This document shows, one piece after another, positions 17,712 to 24,873 of a stretch of DNA of 30,740 bases. The stretch covers positions 1 to 30,740 of the forward strand of contig WFYI01000105.1 in NCBI GenBank assembly GCA_015490155.1, read 5' to 3'. This stretch comes from Aquificaceae bacterium. GTDB taxonomy: Bacteria > Aquificota > Aquificia > Aquificales > Aquificaceae. Below the pieces are notes generated by a model. That model searched no databases and had not been told where the DNA came from. It saw only the letters and a program-made list of their open reading frames with translations. Positions within the stretch are counted from its first letter, which is position 1. Each line of letters starts with the position of its first letter. The position numbers and the translations under genes were made by a program.

Positions 17712-18889
17712 TGGAGCTTGCAGTTGAAGCCCGAAACTTAACCAAAGTCTACCGTATGTACAAAAAACCCTTAGACAGGCTCAAGGAGATACTCCTCAGA
17801 AGGGAATACGCTACCAAGAAGGTGGCATTAGAAGGGGTCAGCTTCACCATTAAAAGGGGCGAAGCCTTCGGTATAGTGGGGGAAAATGGAGCAGGTAAAA
17901 GCACCTTGCTCTCTATCCTTGCAGGAATTCTACCTCCAACTGCAGGAGAGCTGAGCGTAAGAGGAAAGGTGTGTGCCATACTTGAATTGGGAGCAGGGTT
18001 CCACCCGGAGCTTACGGGTATAGAGAACGTGTACAACTACTCTACCCTTTACGGGCTTTCAAAGGGCGAAGTGGACAGAAACCTCGACTTTATAAGGGAG
18101 TTTTCGGAGCTTGGAGAAGCTCTAAATCAGCCCGTAAGAACCTACTCCTCGGGAATGGTGGTTCGGCTTGCCTTTTCGACGATAGTATCCATCAAGCCGG
18201 ACATTTTCATAATAGACGAGGCGCTGTCTGTAGGGGATTCCCACTTTCAGAACAAGAGCTTTAAGAGAATAATGGAGTTTATAGCTCAGGGGGGAACGGT
18301 GATATTTACTACACACAACCAGTATCAAATCACGGGTATATGCGGTAGAGCGATGTGGCTCAAAGATGGCAAGGTTCAGGAAATCGGAAACTCTACGGAG
18401 GTAGTAAAGGCTTACGAGGACTACATGAGACAGAAGGATTTAAAGGAAGAGGAAAGGAGCTTTAACCTTGAGAAAAACAAGGACACCTACATATCCGGAA
18501 TGGAGCTTTCCCATAAGGTAATAACTCCGGGAGATGACTTTCACGTAGAGTTCAGCGTTTACTCGAATAAGGAGTTAGAGGTAGTACTAACCTTAGCCTT
18601 TAGGAGAAACGATAACGAGTGGATAGCTTCTATCTCATCGAGAGAACTGGGACAGAGGATACTTCTTAGGAAAGGTGAAAACCATTTCCGCTACGAGGTT
18701 CCGAACTTTCCCATACTTTACGGCTCTTACTTCGTTCACATCTACCTCCTGAACGAGGAAGGAGTTATAGCCTTAGACGAGAAAATAATTCCCATCGAGG
18801 TTGTAAAAAGAAGTTTCATGGACTTTGGAGTGTTCAAGCTAAGGGCAAATCTGAGGAGTGTAACCCAATCCCCCCAAAAGCTCCGATAG
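17711..18889 (+). CDS. Wzt/TagH/KpsT-type polysaccharide-export ABC transporter ATP-binding protein with a C-terminal Wzt_C-like carbohydrate-binding domain
   Basis: Walker A GENGAGKSTLLSILAGIL, signature YSSGMVVRLAF and Walker B IFIIDEAL. The N-terminal ...KVYRMYKKPLDRLKEILL... is typical of Wzt/TagH. A C-terminal jellyroll of about 150 aa follows the ABC cassette. I place the start at ATG 17711, overlapping the TGA of the prepilin-like gene (TGATG), with SD GGGGTGG upstream. The ORF track starts at GTG 17705. Confidence 0.88.
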   Translation: MELAVEARNLTKVYRMYKKPLDRLKEILLRREYATKKVALEGVSFTIKRGEAFGIVGENGAGKSTLLSILAGILPPTAGELSVRGKVCAILELGAGFHPELTGIENVYNYSTLYGLSKGEVDRNLDFIREFSELGEALNQPVRTYSSGMVVRLAFSTIVSIKPDIFIIDEALSVGDSHFQNKSFKRIMEFIAQGGTVIFTTHNQYQITGICGRAMWLKDGKVQEIGNSTEVVKAYEDYMRQKDLKEEERSFNLEKNKDTYISGMELSHKVITPGDDFHVEFSVYSNKELEVVLTLAFRRNDNEWIASISSRELGQRILLRKGENHFRYEVPNFPILYGSYFVHIYLLNEEGVIALDEKIIPIEVVKRSFMDFGVFKLRANLRSVTQSPQKLR

Positions 18890-19459
18890 CTTCCTCAGAG
18901 CCTTTCCCCTGTGAGATATCCTGTCCTTTTCCTCCGGACTAAGCTGAGCCATGCTTCCCTCGAAGCCTTCGGGTTTGAATATGGGGTCGTAGCCGAAGCC
19001 TCCCTCTCCCCGTTTCTCCTCTAATATTTCCCCTTTACACTCTCCCTCCGCAAATAAACCCTTATCTCCCGTGTACAGAACCACACAAGCCACGAACTTA
19101 GCGCCCCTATCTTCAATACCTTTCAGGAGCCTGAGGAGTTTTCTTATGTTAGCTTCGGTAGCCGACGGCTCGGGAAGTTCCTTACCGCCGAAGTCCAATG
19201 CGTAGAACCTGCTCGAGAAGATGCCCGGGTACCCCTGCAAGCTGTCCACCACGAGGCCCGAATCGTCTGCGATTGTGGTAAGCCCAAACTCTTTGTAGTA
19301 AGCACAGGCTTTCAGATACGCGTTTTCTAAGAAGCTCGTTCCACTTTCCTCCACTTTAAGCTTGCGTTTTGGCTCAACCACCTCAAAGCCCAAAGGCTCC
19401 ATTATCCTTTTTATCTCTTTCAGCTTTCCCTCGTTCGTTGTGGCAGCCAGAACCCTCAT
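18839..19459 (-). CDS. rdgB: Non-canonical purine NTP pyrophosphatase (dITP/XTP pyrophosphatase), RdgB/Ham1 family
   Basis: The sequence is MRVLAATTNEGKLKEIKRI...IADDSGLVVDSLQGYPGIFSSRF...GFGYDPIF...SHRGKALRKL. I place the start at ATG 19457-19459, which overlaps the TGA of the upstream NYN gene (ATGA). The ORF-track GTG start is 3 codons earlier. Confidence 0.9.
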   Translation of the reverse strand: MRVLAATTNEGKLKEIKRIMEPLGFEVVEPKRKLKVEESGTSFLENAYLKACAYYKEFGLTTIADDSGLVVDSLQGYPGIFSSRFYALDFGGKELPEPSATEANIRKLLRLLKGIEDRGAKFVACVVLYTGDKGLFAEGECKGEILEEKRGEGGFGYDPIFKPEGFEGSMAQLSPEEKDRISHRGKALRKLSELLGGLGYTPQICP

Positions 19460-20052
19460 CTTTTCCACAGGCTCTTTATCTTAGCCCAAAAGCCCGTTTC
19501 TTCGTACAGAATAGGTTTTTCTTCGTAAACAAATCTGTCCAGAAAGTTGTCAAGAAGTATGAACCTATCGCAGGTTTTCCTGAGCTTAAAGGAGCTTGTC
19601 TTTTTGAAGGTGGCATTTTCTACCCTTTTACCTATGCTCTGGAGCGTCTCTACGGTGTATATAAAATCGCTATCCCCACTTACAAGGAGAGCCGTATCGT
19701 AAGCGTCTCTAAAGGCAAGGCTCAACATATCTGTGGCAAGCATTATGTCTATCTCTTTCTCTATAAACTCCCCCGAGGGGAGTTTCCTAAGATGGGCTAC
19801 CTTTACCTTTATTCCTGCCAACGAAAGCTCGTCTAAAAACCTCTTCTGCCTAACGAGGCTCTCCCACTCCGGTGAGCCTTTTCTCACGTCCTTATCCTGG
19901 GGCATACCGGTGTAAAAATACGCCCTGAGGAGTTTTCTATTCTCCTGCAGAAAGTCTACAAGCCTCGGATAATCTATCTTTATGTTCAGGTACCGTATTC
20001 CGTGAAAAAGGTTAGAGCCATCTATAAAGATGGCGAGACGCTCGTCGTTCAT
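19456..20052 (-). CDS. NYN-domain (LabA-like) predicted ribonuclease
   Basis: 198 aa. The sequence RLAIFIDGSNLFHG...LVSGDSDFIYTVETL matches the PIN-like NYN fold with conserved acidic residues. Its ATG overlaps the TGA of the upstream eRF1-like gene (ATGA). Confidence 0.8.
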   Translation of the reverse strand: MNDERLAIFIDGSNLFHGIRYLNIKIDYPRLVDFLQENRKLLRAYFYTGMPQDKDVRKGSPEWESLVRQKRFLDELSLAGIKVKVAHLRKLPSGEFIEKEIDIMLATDMLSLAFRDAYDTALLVSGDSDFIYTVETLQSIGKRVENATFKKTSSFKLRKTCDRFILLDNFLDRFVYEEKPILYEETGFWAKIKSLWKR

Positions 20053-21272
20053 ACCTTAAACCTTAGGATAGCGGCTAAGCCATCTATCCTTTTTCTTATG
20101 TCTTCGCTTACAACTATCTCTACCTTTGCCCTTTGCTCGAGAGCTTCTTCTATAACCTCATCGACTATATCGGACACGGGAACAGCTTTCTCACCCTCTA
20201 TGGGGCATTCCGGACTTAGGAGCGGTAAACCGCTCTCTAAACACAGGTATCCCGGTTTCTCAAAGTCCTCGGGAACCATAAGAGTTCTGATGTTTCCGTA
20301 AGATAGCATCTCCAAAACCTTGCTTGTTCCATTCACAGCCAGTCCTTTGCCCTGAAGCTCTTCAAGTTCCCTATATAGGCTTTCCTCCTCCTGCCTGTCT
20401 CTCTCTCTGAGAAGGGTTAAAACCTTTTCCCTAATTACTGAAGGTGTTGCCTCTGTAGGATTTACATCTATGTACCCGATTAACCTTTCTCTAAGGTAAG
20501 TGTGCAGGTGGTTCTCTATATCTCTTAGTCCCTCTTTTGTAAACCCGCCTATAACGAGACTGTCGAACCTTCTCTCCTTCCAGTCCTCGAATAGAGCGTC
20601 TGCGGCAAGTTTCAAGAGGGCATGCCATTCGGATTTTATCCTCATGTGGAAGTTGTACTCGCCGAAAGAGTGCTGTACCATGTTCGGAGCAGCCTTTCTC
20701 GAGGGCATACTAACCTTGAAGGTTCCCTGCGCCCCCTTGAGAACCTTACCACCGCTGTGGAATTTATGAGTCCTTGTGGTTAAGGGTTGGAACATGTCAA
20801 TAACTTCCTCGGTAGCCTCTATGTCGAGGACAAAGTACCGTACGCGTTTTCTGTCGATTAGCAAAACCGCTACGCTCCCGAGCTCCTCGTCTATAGCTGC
20901 TATTTCCCTTATAAGGGGATTGGGAGCTACCATAAGCCTGTTTCTGTAAGCGTAGGGTAACTTTACAGCCTCAAACACTCCCTTCCCGGAGCAAGAGAAA
21001 ACGGCTATCGCCCTACACCCCCGCAGATTGTCAGGCTCGGATATAAAATTCTCAATCCTTGAGAAATCCTCGTTTATAGAGTTCAAAGCCTCTTTGTTCA
21101 AATCCCTGCCTTTTAAGTCTTCCTTCTCTTCTTTGACCATATCCTTGTAAAGGATTAAGTACTTGTTGTTTTGTCTGTCTTCTGGCTCAAGTTTAAGGTA
21201 AAGATTGGTTACCATGTAGTCTTCCGGTTTAAGGCTTGTAAGCCTTTCCATAACTTGCGGCAACACGCTCAT
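20049..21272 (-). CDS. Bacterial Pelota/eRF1-like protein (baeRF1-type): a divergent roughly 130-aa N-domain, an eRF1/Pelota central domain without GGQ, and a C-terminal eRF1 domain-3-like region
   Basis: The central domain reads ...GSVAVLLIDRKRVRYFVLDIEATEEV...TRTHKFHSGGKVLKGAQGTFKVSMPSRKA...FHMRIKSEWHALLKLAADALFE. The C-terminal domain reads DSLVIGGFTKEGLRDIENHL...GKGLAVNGTSKVLEMLSYGNIRTLMVPEDF...AKVEIVVSED. These resemble Pelota/aRF1 domains 2 and 3. A strong SD (GGAAAGGAGGAG) lies before the ATG at 21270-21272. Confidence 0.68.
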   Translation of the reverse strand: MSVLPQVMERLTSLKPEDYMVTNLYLKLEPEDRQNNKYLILYKDMVKEEKEDLKGRDLNKEALNSINEDFSRIENFISEPDNLRGCRAIAVFSCSGKGVFEAVKLPYAYRNRLMVAPNPLIREIAAIDEELGSVAVLLIDRKRVRYFVLDIEATEEVIDMFQPLTTRTHKFHSGGKVLKGAQGTFKVSMPSRKAAPNMVQHSFGEYNFHMRIKSEWHALLKLAADALFEDWKERRFDSLVIGGFTKEGLRDIENHLHTYLRERLIGYIDVNPTEATPSVIREKVLTLLRERDRQEEESLYRELEELQGKGLAVNGTSKVLEMLSYGNIRTLMVPEDFEKPGYLCLESGLPLLSPECPIEGEKAVPVSDIVDEVIEEALEQRAKVEIVVSEDIRKRIDGLAAILRFKV

Positions 21273-21320
21273 GCTCTCCTCCTTTCCTGTTTTATATCTT
21301 ATTTTACAGACAAAGCCCCT

Positions 21321-21349
21321 TGACTTTTTGTAAACTAATGTTTACATTA
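21321..21349 (+). promoter_or_regulatory. Sigma-70-like promoter candidate: TTGACT (21321-21326), 17-nt spacer, TACATT (21344-21349)
   Basis: Seen directly in the sequence. The -10 element ends 6 nt before the ATG at 21356, which implies a leaderless or very short-leader cytochrome c mRNA. Confidence 0.35.
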
Positions 21350-21355
21350 GATAAT

Positions 21356-21841
21356 ATGAATATAGCGATTTTATTATTCATGTTTCTTGGGATTTTTGGG
21401 GGAACCTCGCAGGGTATAGACAAGGAAGAGCTTAGGAAAGGCTACGAGATATACAAGAACACATGTTCCGTGTGCCATATTGAGAGTGTATCCCTTATGG
21501 ACTTTGCGAGGGCGAGGATGCACGTTTTAAAGGGTGAAAAACCGGACATGGACGCACCTCCCATGAACTTAGTAGCTGCAAAGATAAGGCAGTACTACCC
21601 TAGGGAATTAGAGTTTGTAGAATTCGTTAAGGATTACATCACCCACCCTTCAAGTAAGAAAGGCGTCTGTAACAAGGCAGCTTACAGCTTCTTTGGTACC
21701 ATGCCCCCCATAGGGGAAGGCATGAGCAATAGGGAAAAGGAACTTGTGGCTAAGTGGATGTATTACAACTTTGAAGGAACGTGGCTGGAGATATTCCTCA
21801 AGGTGAAACAGTTAGAGAAAACCACCCACTCAAAAAAGTGA
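21356..21841 (+). CDS. Monohaem c-type cytochrome (periplasmic, signal peptide)
   Basis: One CxxCH motif (NTCSVCHIE). The signal peptide is MNIAILLFMFLGIFGGTSQG. The ORF track begins at TTG 21320, which would place the promoter-like TTGACT inside the gene. I prefer ATG 21356; ATG 21338 is an alternative. Confidence 0.72.
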   Translation: MNIAILLFMFLGIFGGTSQGIDKEELRKGYEIYKNTCSVCHIESVSLMDFARARMHVLKGEKPDMDAPPMNLVAAKIRQYYPRELEFVEFVKDYITHPSSKKGVCNKAAYSFFGTMPPIGEGMSNREKELVAKWMYYNFEGTWLEIFLKVKQLEKTTHSKK

Positions 21842-21843
21842 AT

Positions 21844-22458
21844 TTACGAAAAGAGACGGTCTCCCATATCTCCCAATCCCGGGATTATGAAGCCCTTAGA
21901 GTTCAAACCCTTATCTATCTTAACTACGAACAACTTATGCTCGGGAAAGCTATCCTGTATTCTCTTGACGCCTTCGGGTGAGGATATTATGTGCAGGCTA
22001 AAGGTTCTTAATGGATTTAAAGAGAGGATTTCCCTCAACGCTACCTCAAGTGTCCCGCCTGTGGCTAGCATGGGGTCTAAGATTATCGCCGTCTTTCCTT
22101 CCAAGCTCGGCAGGCGCGAATAGTATACCTTCGACGCTAAAGTTTCCTCGTCCCTCTTTATTGCCAGGAAACCTGAGAGGGCGTTGGGTACCACTTTTAA
22201 GGCACCTTCGAGCATGGGCAAACCCGCCCGCAGTATTGGGATAAACACAACGCTTTCCTCGTTAAGAAACCCAAACCTCTCTTTACCCGTCCAGATATCT
22301 ATATCTCTTTCGTTCAAAGGCGTATCCTTGAGCGCTTCGTAGACCATAAAGATAGCTATCTCAGACAGCAAGTTTCTTAACTTTTCCCTCGGGGTACTTA
22401 TGTCTCTGATAGTGTTGAGCTTGTGTATTAGGATGGGATGTTTAAGCTCTTTAATCAA
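21844..22458 (-). CDS. upp: Uracil phosphoribosyltransferase
   Basis: 204 aa. It reads ...LKHPILIHKLNTIRDISTPREKLRNLLSEIAIFMVYEAL..., with the PRPP-binding region ILDPMLATGGT. The only available start is TTG at 22456-22458, 15 nt downstream of the 3' end of tRNA-Lys, with no SD. Confidence 0.88.
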   Translation of the reverse strand: MIKELKHPILIHKLNTIRDISTPREKLRNLLSEIAIFMVYEALKDTPLNERDIDIWTGKERFGFLNEESVVFIPILRAGLPMLEGALKVVPNALSGFLAIKRDEETLASKVYYSRLPSLEGKTAIILDPMLATGGTLEVALREILSLNPLRTFSLHIISSPEGVKRIQDSFPEHKLFVVKIDKGLNSKGFIIPGLGDMGDRLFS

Positions 22459-22473
22459 TTTAGTTTTAACAAG

Positions 22474-22546
22474 TGAGCCGGGCGGGACTCGAACCCGCGA
22501 CCAACGGCTTAAAAGGCCGCTGCTCTACCGACTGAGCTACCGGCTC
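22474..22546 (-). tRNA. tRNA-Lys (anticodon UUU), 73 nt, CCA not encoded
   Basis: I folded it by hand: acceptor GAGCCGG/CCGGCTC, D arm GCTC-AGTCGGTA-GAGC, anticodon arm GCGGC-CTTTTAA-GCCGT, variable loop TGGTC, T arm GCGGG-TTCGAGT-CCCGC, discriminator A. Confidence 0.93.
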
Positions 22547-22564
22547 TTCGGAACCGACCCCTAA

Positions 22565-22637
22565 TGGAGCCGACGGGACTTGAACCCGTGACCTCCGACA
22601 TGCCATATCGGCGCTCTCCCAACTGAGCTACGGCCCC
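22565..22637 (-). tRNA. tRNA-Ala (anticodon GGC), 73 nt, with the G3:U70 identity pair; CCA not encoded
   Basis: I folded it by hand: acceptor GGGGCCG/CGGCTCC (G3-U70 wobble), D arm GCTC-AGTTGGGA-GAGC, anticodon arm CCGAT-ATGGCAT-GTCGG, variable loop AGGTC, T arm ACGGG-TTCAAGT-CCCGT, discriminator A. An 18-nt spacer separates it from tRNA-Lys. Confidence 0.93.
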
Positions 22638-22659
22638 GAGCGTACTCCAAGGGAGATAA

Positions 22660-22687
22660 ATTTTATAACACCTGCACCCTAAGTGCA
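22660..22687 (-). promoter_or_regulatory. Promoter candidate for the tRNA-Ala/tRNA-Lys(/upp) transcript: TTGCAC (complement of 22682-22687), 16-nt spacer, TAAAAT (complement of 22660-22665)
   Basis: Reading the minus strand: ...atTTGCACttagggtgcaggtgttaTAAAATttatctcccttggagtacgc-GGGGCC(tRNA). The -10 element lies about 22 nt upstream of the mature tRNA-Ala 5' end. Confidence 0.4.
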
Positions 22688-22979
22688 AATCTAAATGGTA
22701 GGTGGGTAGTTTGCATAATGGATGGCTTGTACATACAGTTAGCTTGGGTTCGGATATATCGGCTGAATTAGGGGCTGATTTTTCACCACAAGGTTTTTAA
22801 ACCCCACTGCCGCTAAATGATACTTTAAGAAGGCTCTTATAAAAATTCACTGAATCATTGCAAGTGTAAGCAACTCATTCCTGGGCATGTTAGTTTCTTA
22901 GGCTAATGCCATCTGGTTAGCTAACTACTATTTAAATTCAGGCTGTACAAACCTTTACTCTGTAGGATAATATTTCGTC

Positions 22980-24290
22980 GTGAAAGTCAGGGTAGGTGTA
23001 ATCGGTTGCGGAACGGTAGGAACGGGAACGGTAAAGCTGCTTTTGGAAAACAGAGATGTTCTTGAGAAGAGAATAGGTTTCCCGATAGAGGTGTCTAAGG
23101 TTGCGGACTTGGATTGGGAGAGGGAACGGGAGTTTGAAGTTCCTCACGCCTTGCGAACCACCGATTACAGAGAGGTTATAGAGAACTCCGAGGTAGTTGT
23201 GGAACTCGTGGGCGGAACGGGCTTTGCCAAAAAGGTAATTCTGGAGGCTCTGGATAAGGATAAACATGTTGTTACCGCCAACAAGCACCTTCTTGCCGAA
23301 GAGGGTGAGGAGATATTCCTAAAAGCCAGAGGGAAAGGACTTAGAGTGGGATTTGAAGCCTCCGTCGGAGGCGGGATACCCGTTATAAAGGCTCTCAGAG
23401 AAGGACTTATAGGAAACAGGATTAAGAATATATACGGGATACTTAACGGAACCACCAATTACATACTTACCAGAATGTTTGAGGAAGGACTGGACTTTGA
23501 GCAGGCTCTCAAAGAGGCTTCCGAAAAGGGATACGCAGAGGCAGACCCGAGTCTTGATATAGACGGCTGGGACGCCGCCCACAAGATTAACATCTTAGCT
23601 TCCATAGCCTTCGGCAGGTACTTTGAGTTTGGAAAAGTCCACGTGGAGGGTATAAGGAACATAGACTCTTTGGACGTGGAGCTGGGCAGAGAGCTGGGCT
23701 ACACCCTAAAGCTCTTAGCCATAGCCAAGAAGTTAGACGGAGAGGTAGAGGTCAGAGTTCACCCTACCTTTTTGCACACCGAGGAGCCTTTAGCCAAAGT
23801 GTCTTCCGTTTACAACGCCGTTATGATAGAGGGGGACTTCGTAGGAAAGACCATGTATTACGGCAGGGGAGCCGGTTCTCTACCTACAGCTTCCGCCGTG
23901 GTGTCGGACATAATTGACATAGCTAGGGGGATAGTTGCCGGGGGCAAAAACCCCGAACCCATGCCCGTTGATTGGGAGAGCGAAAAGATAACTTTGAAGA
24001 AAAACTTTTACAGCAGGTATTATCTGAGGTTTGACGTTCCCGATAAACCGGGAGTCCTTGCCACCATTTCAAGAATCCTTGCCGATAACAACATAAGCAT
24101 CGCCTCCGTTTTGCAGAAGGAGATGGTCTGCAGGCTCGCAGGCAGAGAGAACGAACCGGTGGTTCCCCTGGTTATACTCACCCACAAGGCTTACGAGCTT
24201 GACGTGCAGAAGGCACTTAAGGAAATCAAGGACACACCCGTAGTAGTTGGCGAGCCTGTTCTCATAAGGGTTGAGGAGGAGGCCTACTAA
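22980..24290 (+). CDS. hom: Homoserine dehydrogenase with a C-terminal ACT domain
   Basis: 436 aa. NAD-binding motif VGVIGCGTVGTGT. The catalytic region is ...NKHLLAEEGEEIF...GFEASVGGGIPVI... A C-terminal ACT-like regulatory domain follows. The start is GTG at 22980; the upstream aggat is only a weak SD. Confidence 0.93.
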   Translation: MKVRVGVIGCGTVGTGTVKLLLENRDVLEKRIGFPIEVSKVADLDWEREREFEVPHALRTTDYREVIENSEVVVELVGGTGFAKKVILEALDKDKHVVTANKHLLAEEGEEIFLKARGKGLRVGFEASVGGGIPVIKALREGLIGNRIKNIYGILNGTTNYILTRMFEEGLDFEQALKEASEKGYAEADPSLDIDGWDAAHKINILASIAFGRYFEFGKVHVEGIRNIDSLDVELGRELGYTLKLLAIAKKLDGEVEVRVHPTFLHTEEPLAKVSSVYNAVMIEGDFVGKTMYYGRGAGSLPTASAVVSDIIDIARGIVAGGKNPEPMPVDWESEKITLKKNFYSRYYLRFDVPDKPGVLATISRILADNNISIASVLQKEMVCRLAGRENEPVVPLVILTHKAYELDVQKALKEIKDTPVVVGEPVLIRVEEEAY

Positions 24291-24356
24291 GTTTATGATT
24301 AATCTCATATTGTTGGCGGGCGTGCCTGTATTATGCTTGTAAACAAGTATTGAATT

Positions 24357-24836
24357 ATGCCGCTGGGTAAAGGGGAAAAGGCTTTAGACTTCTCTTTAAG
24401 CTCCATAGACGGGAATCAGGTATCCCTCAAGGATATAGAAGGCTTTAAGGTGCTCGTCTTCTACAAGGTTACCTGTCCCACCTGTCAGCTTACCCTACCC
24501 TTTATAAACAAGCTCTACAAAAAGTATGGGGATAGGATTACCTTTCTGGGTATAGGGCAGGACTCTCTCGAGGATTTAAAGATTTTTAAAAATAAATACG
24601 AGCTGGACTTCGTCCAGCTTTCGGATACCCCCAAGTATCCCGTATCCAAGAGCTACGACATAAGGGTCGTCCCCACGACTTACCTGCTTGACGAAAACAA
24701 CGAGATACTCTTTATGGAAGAGGGCTTTGTCAAAAGGAGCATAGAGGAATTGGACGGCAAGCTCGCTCAGCTATTGGGCGAAGAACCGGTGGACGTATTT
24801 AAAGGCGTTCACGTTCCTGAATTTAAAGCCGGCTGA
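24357..24836 (+). CDS. Thioredoxin-fold redoxin (AhpC/TSA / TlpA-like thiol-disulfide oxidoreductase), apparently cytoplasmic
   Basis: 159 aa. Active-site CPTC embedded in FKVLVFYKVTCPTCQLTLPF. No signal peptide. Confidence 0.78.
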   Translation: MPLGKGEKALDFSLSSIDGNQVSLKDIEGFKVLVFYKVTCPTCQLTLPFINKLYKKYGDRITFLGIGQDSLEDLKIFKNKYELDFVQLSDTPKYPVSKSYDIRVVPTTYLLDENNEILFMEEGFVKRSIEELDGKLAQLLGEEPVDVFKGVHVPEFKAG

Positions 24837-24849
24837 GGCTCGAGGAGTA

Positions 24850-24868
24850 TAGCACTCGGGTAGTGCTA
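24850..24868 (+). other. Perfect 7-bp inverted repeat TAGCACT-cgggt-AGTGCTA (stem-loop)
   Basis: Seen in the sequence 14 nt after the redoxin stop and 5 nt before the ATG of the small Cys-rich ORF. There is no U-tract, so it is not a canonical intrinsic terminator. It could be a processing or stability element or an operator. Confidence 0.3.
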
Positions 24869-24873
24869 CAAAA

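Noticed and set aside
22672..22688. Sigma-54-like element cTGCAC-N6-GTGCA
   Set aside because: It lacks the essential GG doublet at -25/-24 (TG instead of GG). It is also the reverse complement of the -35 region of the tRNA promoter candidate. No sigma-54 consensus was found elsewhere in the window.
22766..22800. Possible T-box or riboswitch leader upstream of hom (AATTAGGGG resembles the start of the T-box motif)
   Set aside because: The match covers only AATTAGGG. The GGTGG-ACCGCG core is missing, and so are the specifier loop and a terminator/antiterminator pair. No SAM-I or lysine riboswitch signatures are present. hom is not a typical T-box target.
1520..23662. Numerous 60-120-aa ORFs antisense to or out of frame with annotated genes (for example 1520-1813, 1916-2275, 3045-3413, 4950-5291, 6283-6677, 11381-11611, 21887-22244, 23165-23662, 29324-30642)
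   Set aside because: They lie wholly inside well-supported genes on the opposite strand or in another frame. Their translations are low-complexity with no domain signatures. This is the expected background for an ORF scan at this GC content.
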